Shown: positions 1 through 10,626 of the stretch, one piece after another
Position numbering within the stretch: the stretch's first letter is position 1
Layout of the letters: each line of letters begins with the position of its first letter
Source of the DNA: Eremomyces bilateralis CBS 781.70
Taxonomy: Eukaryota
Reading direction: 5' to 3' (one strand)
Assembly: GCA_010015585.1 (NCBI GenBank)
Contig: ML975157.1
Length of the DNA: 20,000 nucleotides
Translations under genes and position numbers: made by a program
The notes under the pieces: generated by a model
What the model saw: the letters and a program-made list of their open reading frames with translations, nothing else
Told to the model about the DNA's origin: nothing
The model's database searches: none

Positions 1-2718
1 CACCTCGAAGCACTTGTTCGCAATGCCGACGAATACGATCTCGACCTCCGGTCTGAGAGCCACAACGTCCAGAACCTGCATTGCTAGCTCACGTCCATCG
101 ATTCCGGGCCCGGCCGGATGGTCAGCAATATGCGGTACGTACAGGCTACGTAGGCCTTTGAGACCAGGTAAGCGCTGAAGGAAAAGGTGCCAATCGCCAT
201 AATCTATGCAACCGCCAAACTCGCGGAGGTTGGACATCGCGCCGGAAGTCATGTAGGACAGGAATCGACGAGGCAGCAACCAACGACGGAACTGTTGGTT
301 CCCAGGATGTGGAATGGCTGCTTGAGGCGGAATCGCAGGCGGCGCGTTTACGGCAACATGCTGGTTTGCGGGGACATTGATTTGGACGACCACGCCAGGG
401 CCATGCTGATGAACGGGAGGGCCGACCGCTGGTGGAGGGATCGCTGGAGGTGGCGGGTTTGGCACATTGTGCTGCATGGGAATGTGTCCATCGTCCGAGG
501 ATTGGTCGGAAGAGTCAATGAGAAGCTTACGAAGGGAGCGAGCGTGTCGGCGGATGGCGGTGAAGATGGGGATGAAGGGAACGGAGGAGTTATAGTGGCG
601 AGAGTCTTGTAGGAAGAGAACTTCGAGGGAGTTGGGGGCCAGGGTATCGCGGATGAAAGAGAGAAGCGCGGCGGTTACGGTGTTGCAGTGGATGCGTTTG
701 ATGTTTAGGGGGTAGTCAGATGGCGATGAATCACCATCAGCGCGGAACGAGAATGCGTTCGAAGAAGCGGAACTTCGCTGATAGGGACCACTTCTTGTAG
801 TACCATTTCCTCCACCAGTTCCAGTGAATGGGTCGGGTGACGACAGCCTTGATCGGGTTGGTGTGAAATGACGTCTTAAAGCTTTAAACAGATTTTCATG
901 GCCCTGGCAATTGAGGAGCGTCAGACTTGTCAAGGTACTCCAGTCAATCGCCTTCTGTACGACCGTTAAGCTGATCGAAACCCTTTCCAGCTCAAGTATT
1001 TCAAGCTTGAGGGAGTTGTTCAAACAAGGACCGGAGATTCTCGATAGCAAACTTCTTTCCAGAGCGACTTGATCCGCAACTCCAGCATTTGTTGCGGCGC
1101 GGTAGAATTCCCGCAGCGCATCCAGAGTTGCGCTTGCGTCGCTTGAGCCGTCTTCGGTACTCTGCTTGATGAACTTGGATATTGATTGCAAGAAGGTGTT
1201 GCTCGAAGACGAGGAGCCTGTGGAGCTGGCCGCGCTATGCATGCTGGCCTCTGGAACCTTGGTCGTCTTCTGGATGCTTTCCTCGAAGCCCAGCTTCTTG
1301 GCTAAGGACTTGAATTTCGCTAGGGCTGCCATCTCATTTGGAAATTCCTCCCGTTTCGCTTGGGCGTACAATGCATCGTTGTTTCTTAGGTTGAATACGC
1401 GTCCCACCAACACTCCGAGAACCCCACCGAGTCGCTTTTCGGGGATCCCGACTCCCTTGCCAATTGAACCCAATGAAGGCTCGCATTGCCAAGTCGTGCT
1501 ATGGTCAACTTGATGTATGCCGTCACCTTCCCACACGCTTGCCCAGTGTCGCGAGACGGCATGCTTCGCGACACCGACCCGAAGCTCCTTGAGTTGATTC
1601 TGGCTTCGGCCGATGAGAATAGACATCTCGTCGAGATACGACAGTTCGTCGATATCCAAGACCGTGAGGGATTTTAACGGCGGCAGGATCGAGAACGTCG
1701 GGTGTTCGACCAAGTCATCTAAGTATCCGTAGTTGTGCGACGCCTGCGCCAATGGCACAGGAGTCTGCTGCACTGGAAGTGCATTCTGCGTGGGGCCTGT
1801 GCCAACCGGGACGCTGGAGTTTTGCGGTGGTGGAAGATTCATGACTTGCGGTGGCGGAGGTAGGCCAGTCGCAGGAAAGTTGTTGTGCCAGCGGATCCAC
1901 ACCCGCTCAAGCCGACAATCCTTCCCGTCGTTTCGATCGGCCAGGCTCGACAGGGCGAGCCAGATATCCCGAAGCACCCCGGTGGGCATGTCCCAGATGA
2001 ACGCCTCCAGGTTCCGCATCCGAGCCACGGCGAGCGCGACGAGGGTCCCCAGCATTTTCCCGCATTCCTTGGTGATGAGATACTCCGACGTCCAATCTTC
2101 TGGGCCGTCGCCCAGGCTAAACTTCTTCGTGTATTGCGCATAGTTGTTCCCTCGCCGTCGCTTGGGGGGGGCCGGGATTTCCACGAGGTTGCCATATGGG
2201 TCGCGGACCATCCGGGTGGGTTGCGTCGATTGGGTTTGGTGTGGCGCTTCGCCGAATGCATCGTCCGCCATGACCAGAGTTGCCAGTCCGTACGTCAGCG
2301 CATCGACGCCGCTTCTGGGCTCGATGTTGGGCTGGCTGTCCGGCCAGACGATATCGAAGCGGGAGTAGATTTGCGGTATGCATAACGAATGGAGGACGGA
2401 ATGGCAGAGTGCGAGTGCGGTCAGGTCGTTGGTATGGGGAAGCTGAACGGCTTAGTTGGTTCCTAGCCAGCGGAGAACTGCTCTTACATTCTCAATGATT
2501 TCCTGGAGGATGTCGACCGGCAGATCCAACAGCCGAAGCGGTCGCTTTCTTTCATCGACGACCGTCCATTCCTTCTCTTTCCCCTTGGACAACTTCGTTG
2601 GTAGGGTCGCAGCGCTGACCTCTACATGGTGAAAGTCTTCTGGCGGTGCTGCAACACTGATAGCGACGGGTGGTATCAACCCGTTCGTGTTACTTTGCTC
2701 CGTACCAGATACGCTCAT
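1..2718 (-). CDS. Fungal F-box domain protein (3' end outside window)
   Basis: Exon 1 2718-2488 ends in an F-box start (LRLLDLPVDILQEIIEN). Intron 2487-2443 (GTAAGA...CTAAG...CAG, 45 nt). Exon 2 from 2442 reads LPHTNDLTALALCHSVLHSLCIPQIYSRFDIVWPD...GVDALTYGLATL...FIWDMPTGVLRDIW and the same frame reads RELAMQVLDVVALRPEVEIVFVGIANKCFEV at position 1. It is absent from the ORF track, consistent with no stop in the window. Confidence 0.85.
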
Positions 2719-3433
2719 CGTTCTATCGTGAGTTACATCCAGATATAGGATATCCGACGTCGGGTAGTCGTACTATTCTAGCCAGAGTGGTGCAGAAGGG
2801 ACGGGAGAGCAGATGTCCAGCTCTCTCGAAACAGCTCAAAACGCACGGCACGGTGGCTCGTTCAACAATCGGGGTGGCATCGAACTTCCAGAAAGACGTA
2901 TAGAGGTACTCTGTACTGATTAATATAATTTCTGGGATGTGGCGGTCGTTCTTGTAATCAAAATCGGGGGGGCTGGAGGTGGTATGAGAGGTGAACTGGT
3001 GGTGGAGGGGAGACGGACTGCGGAGGTGATGAAATGGGTGATGCGTTGATGTGGTTGGCGGGTTGAATGAGGCGGATACTTCATGCTCTTGGGAAATCCA
3101 CCCCCGGACATCTCAAGAAATACAAAAATTACGTCTTATTACAGTTGGAGTCCGGCCCCGTACAACACGAAGGTTTGGGATCACATTGTCAAGCTCCGGT
3201 GGCACAATTCTTTCTTGGATGTCCAACCCCAGAGTCAAACAACCTTGAAAGTGGAAATGCGATGCGACGGCCCCTTGCTGATCGCTCGTCACTAGTCTCA
3301 ATATTACTAGTCTCAATATATGCGGTCCCGCTGTACCTCGCCTTAACGCCACTGATGATAATAAATCCGCTAGTCCCATCGACGCAATTCACTCCACAGC
3401 CAAACCACTTAATACGGAGTCCTTTGCAAAGGT

Positions 3434-5402
3434 TCACCTCCTCCCACTGACGCTTCCACTCCTTGATAGATCCCCTATGTGGCCCACTGATGATGCGATG
3501 CTATCACTCCTACTACTGTCCACACTCCTCCTCCCAACGAGGCTTGCACTTGAGCTTCTCCTTCTCCACCTCCTCGTCTCGTTTGGATCGGCGGGAGACA
3601 GACCAGATGCTCGTGCGAAGAGGTTCAGGATATCGGTAAGGGAGATGACGCCGCATAGATGGCCAGACAACGTTGCTCCAGGAAGCGCCGAAAGTTGTGC
3701 TGAGGTAAGCGTGGAAGGTGTCTGGTTGGTGACAGGTGTGACGGGTGGGTTAGGAGCGGTGTGCGAAAGGGAGCCAGACGAACTGAAAGCGGTCGAGTGT
3801 GGGGCATTCGGCGGCGGAGAGCCGGCATGGAGTGGTGGTGGAATAACAGGCGGCCCGCTCGGAGGAGGTGCCAATACGGAGGGAGTTAGAGCCGGCGTGG
3901 AAGGGCCAGAGGAAGCTGGAGAGGGTGCATCGACAACCCACATTCTGTAGAAGTTAGCGAAATCCTCCCAAACCGCAGGCGGGCGCAGATTTACCTATGC
4001 GAACGTGTTGCGACCAGCTTTGCGACGGAGTGTGCGAGGGTTGAGTATGGATTGACATGAAAGACGGGATAGGAGTCTTTGCCATCGTTGACCCCACGCT
4101 CTGAGAGGATGACGGAGATAAAATGGATACAAGAGGATCGCAGGAGCGGAAGGGAGGTCGACTTCGTTAAGAGCTGAGGTTCAATTAGCAAGCGAAGGAC
4201 TCGTAAGCGGAACTATTTGCCTTACCCGAACATCGACGTGTGAAATATTGCCAATCACATTATGCTGGTCGTCAAGGACCGGGAGAGAAGTGATGCCAGC
4301 ATTGTGCATAAGTTCCAGAGCATCGGTGAGTGGTTTATCGCCGCTGCGATATGTATTAGCATTGATCAAAGCACACTTTCGTATATCACCTACTTGATAG
4401 CAACGACCTCCTTGCTGCCCACATTCAGTTCTCTCAAGGTCAAGGAATATAACCCCGCCACCATCGGGAAGTGCTTTCCATTCTCCCAAAAGAACCTCAC
4501 CAGTCGCAGCTGGGTCAAAATGCCTACAACCTCTTTGTTCTGCTCTCCATTTTTGACCACGATGATGCGATGAACCCCACTCCCAAACAGCTCAACGGCA
4601 TTCGCGAGCGGAGCGCTCTCCGATAGCGTCACCAGCGGGTCGGCGCGTCCAAGGTCTTTGACATCCTTTAAAGGAATAGGCTTGCCTTCGCGACCGCGTC
4701 GAGCAAGTTCGCGGAATGAGGAGATGTGTGCCTCGTCCGGTTTTGCCAATCCGACGACAAGGAGGAGATAGGCGTTCAGGTCCGAGTAGTCGAAGGTCCC
4801 CACGGCAGTTCTGCTGTTCGGATTCTCCCGCAGGAGGACAACATTTGGGGCTCCGGAATTGATTAGTAGCTGGAAACCCCGTTAGACGCGCGTGAACAGT
4901 TAAGCACCTATCTCCGGATGCTTACCTCCGTCGCTGCTTCCACGGTCATATCCATATCCACAAACCGGACCTCCGCTTGATCCACGACCTCCCCAACCGT
5001 CACCGTCTTCCAATCCCTCCCCTGCCCCATTTGCAGCCCCGTGTCATCTCCCGGTACCCTTCCGACAGGGGGGTTGTTCAGTAGGTCCTGCAGTGCTTGC
5101 TGCGTCAAACTGGGTGTTCGGTGCGGGCGAGGACTTATCGGGCCGCGTAGATTATCCGCCAGCGCTGTGCGGTGCGAGTTATGTGGGGAAGGGTGTTGTG
5201 ACATTGACGGGCTGGACGGAGTGCGTAGGTAGACGTCGCGCGAAGGTGGAGAGCGGATGGTGGTCGAGGTGTTGGAGGAGAGGAGCTGAAGGGGTCGAAC
5301 CGGGGGAGACTGGCTTGATGCAGGAGGTTCGGAAGGTGTTCTACTTGCAGGCTTGCTTGGCAACGGTGGGGAGGCGAGTTTCTTTGTCGGATCGTCTGCC
5401 AT
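3434..5402 (-). CDS. SDS23: Sds23/Sds24-family CBS-domain protein
   Basis: Five exons: 5402-4926, 4869-4394, 4343-4226, 4173-3995, 3944-3434, with GT-AG introns of 56, 50, 52 and 50 nt that keep the frame. Motifs [67 protein letters not shown] and [18 protein letters not shown] match fungal Sds23 with tandem CBS repeats. Confidence 0.9.
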
Positions 5403-5789
5403 TGTTTCTTAAGTTGTTTCTTAAGTTCTGTGACACGGTATGGAGCGGCTATCAGATGAGTGGTTGTATCGTCGACACTGGGGTCCGGGAGGCGAAAGTG
5501 ACGTGATGGTGTATTCTCCGATAATGAATTGATCAGGCTGGATAAGGGAGAGGCAATTGATTTCGGCTTGTATGAACCCCGGTAATATTAACTAACTAAG
5601 TTGTCCCAGTTGCGTGTCTGCGGAATATTGGGCGGTAAATGGTAAGAGCGGTGACAGCGAGTACTTACAGCCTGAGATACGGTGTCCCTCATTCACGTGG
5701 TGTTGTGATGCTGCTGTTGCGACCCTGGTGTTATCTATGTACTGTCAGGTACCATAAATAGTAATGATGTCCCATAATACACTGGAATA

Positions 5790-5903
5790 TCCGCGCCCCT
5801 GGTTCGTCAGCTGAAGCTTACCTCATCCACACTGTGGACGCTAGACCCTTAATCTAGCGCCTACACTCTAAACGATAATGTCGTCTAAACGATAACTTAA
5901 TAC
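5790..5903 (+). repeat. Left terminal inverted repeat of the pogo element (114 bp)
   Basis: Reverse complement of 7390-7493 with 4 substitutions and one indel of about 10 nt. Contains TAAACGATAA twice (5869-5878, 5886-5895). Confidence 0.93.
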
Positions 5904-5954
5904 ATACTCCGCGCTATGAAGTTTATAGATACCAAAATTCCATCACCAACACTA

Positions 5955-7340
5955 CTATTCATCTCCAAATCGACATCGCCAGATAGGATCAAGCCTCATG
6001 CTTCCGATTAAGCGCGAAATCTCTACATGTATGTCCTTGAACGCCTTCCGGTGGTTGATTTGGCGTGTCTTCCAGCCCCTAACCCATTTGTCCAATTCGG
6101 CCTGTTTCTCGCGCGCCGTGCGCTCCTTTATCATAGATCTAGCTTGTTGTGAAGTAATATATCCCATTTCGGACCGGAGAACACGTTTGTTGCCTCGTTG
6201 TCGTGCCGCACGTGCTTGGGATTCCGCCATGTTGGCCTGTATCGTGTGTGACAATTGCTCGGCTTGGAGGGCGAATTGGAGGCTACCGTTGAGGCTGCTA
6301 TCGAAGTTTTGCACAAGAAGTGGTGGTAAATTTAGTTTCTCAATGTTGGCTAAGCACCATCGTACATGGTTGCGTGGCGTGGCATAGTCTTTCGTTGGGG
6401 AAAGTAGCCGCTGAATATCGGTGTCTGGAGGTGGCGTTTGATCTCGAATTCTAGCACTATGATCGTATGCTGTAAACGCGGCATCGATTGCCATCTTATC
6501 CTCACGGAGTTGGCGTAAAATCCGCTCAGGATTGTGAGGAATAAGGCCTGTTTCTTTCCATCCCTTTATAGTTGTTCGCGTCTTGAAAGTGTTCGTACGG
6601 ATCGACTCGAGTGCGGCCAGAAATTCCACTCGATTAAATTGCGTGCAGCCAGTGCGAGTGGCTGCATCGACGGCCTCTGCATGCCAGTGTTTGTAAGGCT
6701 GAAATGGGCCGACATCAAGCGGCTGGAGGATGTGGCTTGTATGAGGCGGAAGACGAAATGGTATAACGTGGTGGGCTTCGAGTATCTCGAGGAACTCCTT
6801 CGTGCAGTGGCTATCGAAACCATCGAAGAGTAAGAGTCGGTATTTACCGCGTTGATGCTTAGACGAATGCTTAATAAAATGCCTTGCGTAGATTAAGCTA
6901 ATTTCGTCGTTGTTAAAGCCTATTTCAGAAAGGCAGACCGCATAGTCATCGGGTAAGTTTTGGAAGTGTTTCTCGAGAAATGCAGATCCAGGTAGAATAA
7001 TGAGAGGCGGTATAACTGTACCATTACCACTTACCGCTTCAACAGCGGTAAGTGAATCTCGACATTCTGGAGATGGAATATACTGCTTTTTACTCGGGTA
7101 GAATGAAATAATCTATTGGTGTTTGCCTACACCGACGCGGAAGCCAGTCTCGTCGAAATTCCACATGTCCTCGGTCGCGATTCCGTGTCGGATCTTAATA
7201 TGGTATAGCTGCTCAAACCATCTCTCGAGAGCCTGGATATCATGAGCAGCTTTACGATTAGATCAAGTACACGTGCTTTCCGTGCATAGACCTCTGGCTC
7301 TCTAGATTCTAGATTCAATAGCATCATTATTTTTCGGCAT
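5955..7340 (-). pseudogene. pogo/Fot1 DDE_1 transposase pseudogene
   Basis: ATG at 7340 (MPKNNDAIESRI*). Catalytic motifs WNFDETGF, LLLFDGFDSH and LPPHTSHILQPLDVGPF with 35 residues between the second and third Asp. Premature TAG at 7304-7302 and 7115-7113, frame breaks near 7298 and 7260, N-terminal HTH region missing. The C-terminus is ORF 6629-5955. Confidence 0.92.
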
Positions 7341-7389
7341 AATGGCGGAGGATAAATAGGCTTAACTCCGCTTAAGGAGACTCGAAGCT

Positions 7390-7493
7390 GTATCAAGTTA
7401 TCGTTTAGACGACATTATCGTTTAACTAGATTAAGGACCTAGCGTCCACAGTCTGGATGAGGTAAGCTTCAGCTGACGAACCAGGGGCGCGGA
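7390..7493 (-). repeat. Right terminal inverted repeat of the pogo element (104 bp)
   Basis: Inverted match to 5790-5903, followed by TA. Confidence 0.93.
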
Positions 7494-7603
7494 TATATCC
7501 GCACCTCTGGTCGTGCCGTCGTGGCCGTGATATAGCGATCATGACTAAGCAACATGTCGTGGGCCAAGAACGGACCCCTGCCAAGAACCCCTGCACATCC
7601 CAT

Positions 7604-7623
7604 CCAATCGCGTCGCACGCGTC
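7604..7623 (+). promoter_or_regulatory. CCAAT box plus tandem MCB-like (TCGCGT, ACGCGT) elements upstream of APC2
   Basis: CCAAT 7604-7608, TCGCGT 7608-7613 and a perfect ACGCGT 7617-7622, about 220 bp upstream of the APC2 ATG. Short motifs, so function is only inferred. Confidence 0.35.
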
Positions 7624-7841
7624 TCCTGCCTCACAACGACTTCCACAACTTCCACAACTTCCAGCACCTTAACTTGCCATGTCGGAAACTGTAACTATCG
7701 TTTGATCGATGCACAGTACATCCCGGTACTGTCGTGACTGTGTATACCGACACTGTGCTACTGCATTACTCATGGCTTGCCATCTAACTATCTGTACCCA
7801 TCGTTTGGTTTCTCATTCAAGACCGCTGGTCCGCTTTGACA

Positions 7842-10626
7842 ATGGCTGCTCTTCATGAGTCGCCCTTGTCGCGGGAATCGCTCATCTTCTCCTCGGTTTT
7901 CTCCTTGTCGGCTGCAACACATACCACTCCGACGCCGCTGTCAACCCCCGACCTTGGGAGCATCGAACCCGGCCAGTCATTTGGCGGCGTGTTTGGGTCC
8001 AACCAACCCTCCCAACAACAATCGGCCGCGCAGCGACAAGTGCGCCGGAATTTGGCATGGAGCTCGGCTACGAGGTTTTTGGGGCAATTTGCCTTGGAGG
8101 ATGCCATGAAAGGCCGGCCGACGGAGTTGCGGGGCATGCCGTCGGATGTACGAGATGCTATGGAATTTCTCCTTATGGGGGGAGGATGTCCACTGCCGGA
8201 GAGCAACGAGGAGAGTCTGGTATGGCGAATGGATTAGATTGGATGGAAGTCAAACTGACGTGGTCAAGGTGGACTGGTACACCAATGAAGCGCTGCGGAG
8301 ATTCGTCGTCGACATTAGCCCCGAGTTGACGACGAAATGGCGAGCTGTAAGACCAGTCGGATCGTCCAGAATTCCCATACTAAAGCGAGTCTTATTGTAG
8401 GACTTTGACGAGCACTCTACCTGGCATATCTTGATATACACCACAAGCAAACTTGTTCAAGCCCATCGACACTTAGCTCAGCCATTAAAGGACATCCTCC
8501 TCCCAATCATCTCTCGTCCATCGAGAAGAGCAGACGACGCCATCGAAGCCCTCACGACCCTCCCGATTATCTCGAGGTTCAACCGAGAACTCCGCGCCGC
8601 CTTCGTTCAGGCAGTCGATGCGGGACGTTTTGCCGAGTATCTAGAACACCTACTGGTCGACACCGGTCGGAAGCTATTCTCGATCGAAGGACGTGGCAAC
8701 GAGAATGGGGAAGGCCCAGAATTGAGCCGCGAAGAGAAGCAAAAGATTCGCGAACGGCTTACGACTCTCTTACGAGGCATCGGCTCTATAGGGCTTGGGG
8801 GGGACAAGTCTACGTGGGTAGTTGGTGCTGCAATGGCGAAATTGCTCGACAATTTCGTAGACAGCCGCCACATGAAAGTTGATTGGTACACGCGGAACTC
8901 TGTGGTGCGCACCTTGAAGCACTGGGTCAAGGAAGGTTACATGAGATATTTCCAAGAAATTATGGCGTGTCTTGAAGTGGAGTCGGAAAGTGGTCCTCAA
9001 CCATCTTCAATCCCACCCGCATCGTTGCAGCGGTGCCAAGAGATTGCCATCAACCGTCTGGGAAGAGCACGAGTGGCGGATCTGTTCGATTTCATTGTGA
9101 GGTGGGATGGGTCACTTGGCGCCATCCGGGATCTGAAGGAGTACATCACTCTCCCTGGTGCTCGTGTTCATCTTACCCACAGCTTCTCCCGCCAGTTGTC
9201 AAGGCGGTTGCTACATGCCGGAGCGACAACAAGTGACATTCTCGACGTGTACGTCTATATCATCAAAGCATTCAACGAGCTTGACCCGAAAGGCGTTTTG
9301 TTGGATCGGGTCGCTCGGCCAATCCGTCGTTACCTGAAAGATCGGGACGACACCGCTCGTATCATCGTAGTCAGTCTGTTAAAGGATGTCGACGAGATCA
9401 TCGCGGATGAGAAGACAGGAAGACTCGATATAGGAGGAAATGTGTCCAAGCAGATTGCGCTGGAAATGAAATATCCCTCGGCACACGCCTTGCAAGAGCA
9501 GGACTATGACCTGGATTGGGGGAATATGGATTGGACTCCGGACCCCATCGATGCGGAACCGGAATACAAGCGATCCAAGTCGTCCGATGTCATCGCCTCC
9601 CTCCTGACGCTCTACGACCGGGAAGATTTCATCACCGAGCTCAAGGACATCCTGGGCGAATATCTTCTCAAGTACGAAGATTCCGACTTCGAGAAGGAGC
9701 AACGTCTCGTCGAGCTCTTCAAAGTCCGCCTAGGCGAAGACAAGATGCAAGCATGCGAGGTGATGCTTCACGATGTGCTTGAATCCAAGCGGATAAACCG
9801 AGACATCAACGCATCTATCAACCGCGAGAATGTTAGGCTCGGTTCGGAGCTCAATGCCCAAATCCTCTCGAGCTACTTCTGGCCCCCGCTCCGAGAGGAT
9901 GCGTTCCGTGTCCCGCAACCTGTCCACGCCCTTCAGCAACGATATGCAGCTGGTTTCGAGGGGATTAAGGATATGCGTCGGCTTCAATGGTATCCAGCAC
10001 TGGGCCAGGTGGAAGTGGAGTTGCAGCTCCAGGACCGCGAATGGCGTGGAGATTGCCATCCATGGCAAGCCAGTGTTGTCTACGCATTCGACGAGTCAAT
10101 CTCAAGCATTTCAGGTCTTGAAAACGACCCGGGCCGTAGCACCACTCCAAGTAGGACGGTTGAGGAACTTAAAATCATGCTTCAAATGGACGAGCAGCTG
10201 GTCTGCAATGCTCTTCAATTCTGGACCGCCCACCGTGTTCTTGTCGAAGTCTCACCAGGGATTTATGAGGTTCAAGAGACTCTCCCTGCGGACGGTGGAT
10301 CATCAGGAGACAAGGCAGGTGGAAGCGGGAAGTCGGCCAGCCGCACCGCTCCACCACTACACACGGAAACAGGGGCGCATGTGTCGGCCGTGAAGAGCCA
10401 GGAGGATCGGTTGATGGAGAACGTGGACATTTACCGGCACTTCATCGTGGGCATGCTGACGAACCAGGGAGCCATGCCCGTGGCGAAAATCCTCATGATG
10501 TTGAAGATGACCATGCCCGGTGGTTTTCCTTTCGGCATGGAGGAGGTGCGGACGTTGCTAGGACGATTAGTGGAGGAGAGAAAGGTGGTGGGACAGGGCG
10601 ATATATATTCGGTGTCTAAGGGATGA
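7842..10626 (+). CDS. APC2: Anaphase-promoting complex subunit 2 (cullin-like), about 893 aa
   Basis: Exons 7842-8219, 8269-8346, 8401-10626 (introns 49 and 54 nt). Diagnostic RLLHAGATTSDILDVY...LDPKGVLLDRVARPIRRYLKDRDDT, WTPDPIDA, CEVMLHDV, ILSSYFWP cullin-homology motifs and a C-terminal winged helix (FIVGMLTNQGAM). Confidence 0.95.

Larger units (their letters stand above)
5790..7493 (-). mobile_element. pogo/Fot1-like (Tc1/mariner superfamily) DNA transposon, non-autonomous, 1704 bp, TA target-site duplication
   Basis: Long terminal inverted repeats starting TCCGCGCCCCTGGTTCGTCAGCTGAAGC at both ends, TA at 5788-5789 and 7494-7495, and an internal DD35D transposase remnant. Confidence 0.93.

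Noticed and set aside
187..2498. Several plus-strand ORFs (141, 115, 136, 166 aa) and short minus-strand ORFs
   Set aside because: They are antisense or off-frame shadows of the long F-box exon.
3291..3320. 15-bp tandem repeat ACTAGTCTCAATAT(T/A); similar short duplications at 5402-5425, about 7640-7663 and 15319-15353
   Set aside because: Two- to three-copy slippage-type duplications with no supporting structure.
8220..8268. AAG acceptor in APC2 intron 1 (and GTCTGT donor in MFS intron 4)
   Set aside because: Uncommon but within normal fungal splice-site variation, and both keep the frame and have CTGAC branch sites.
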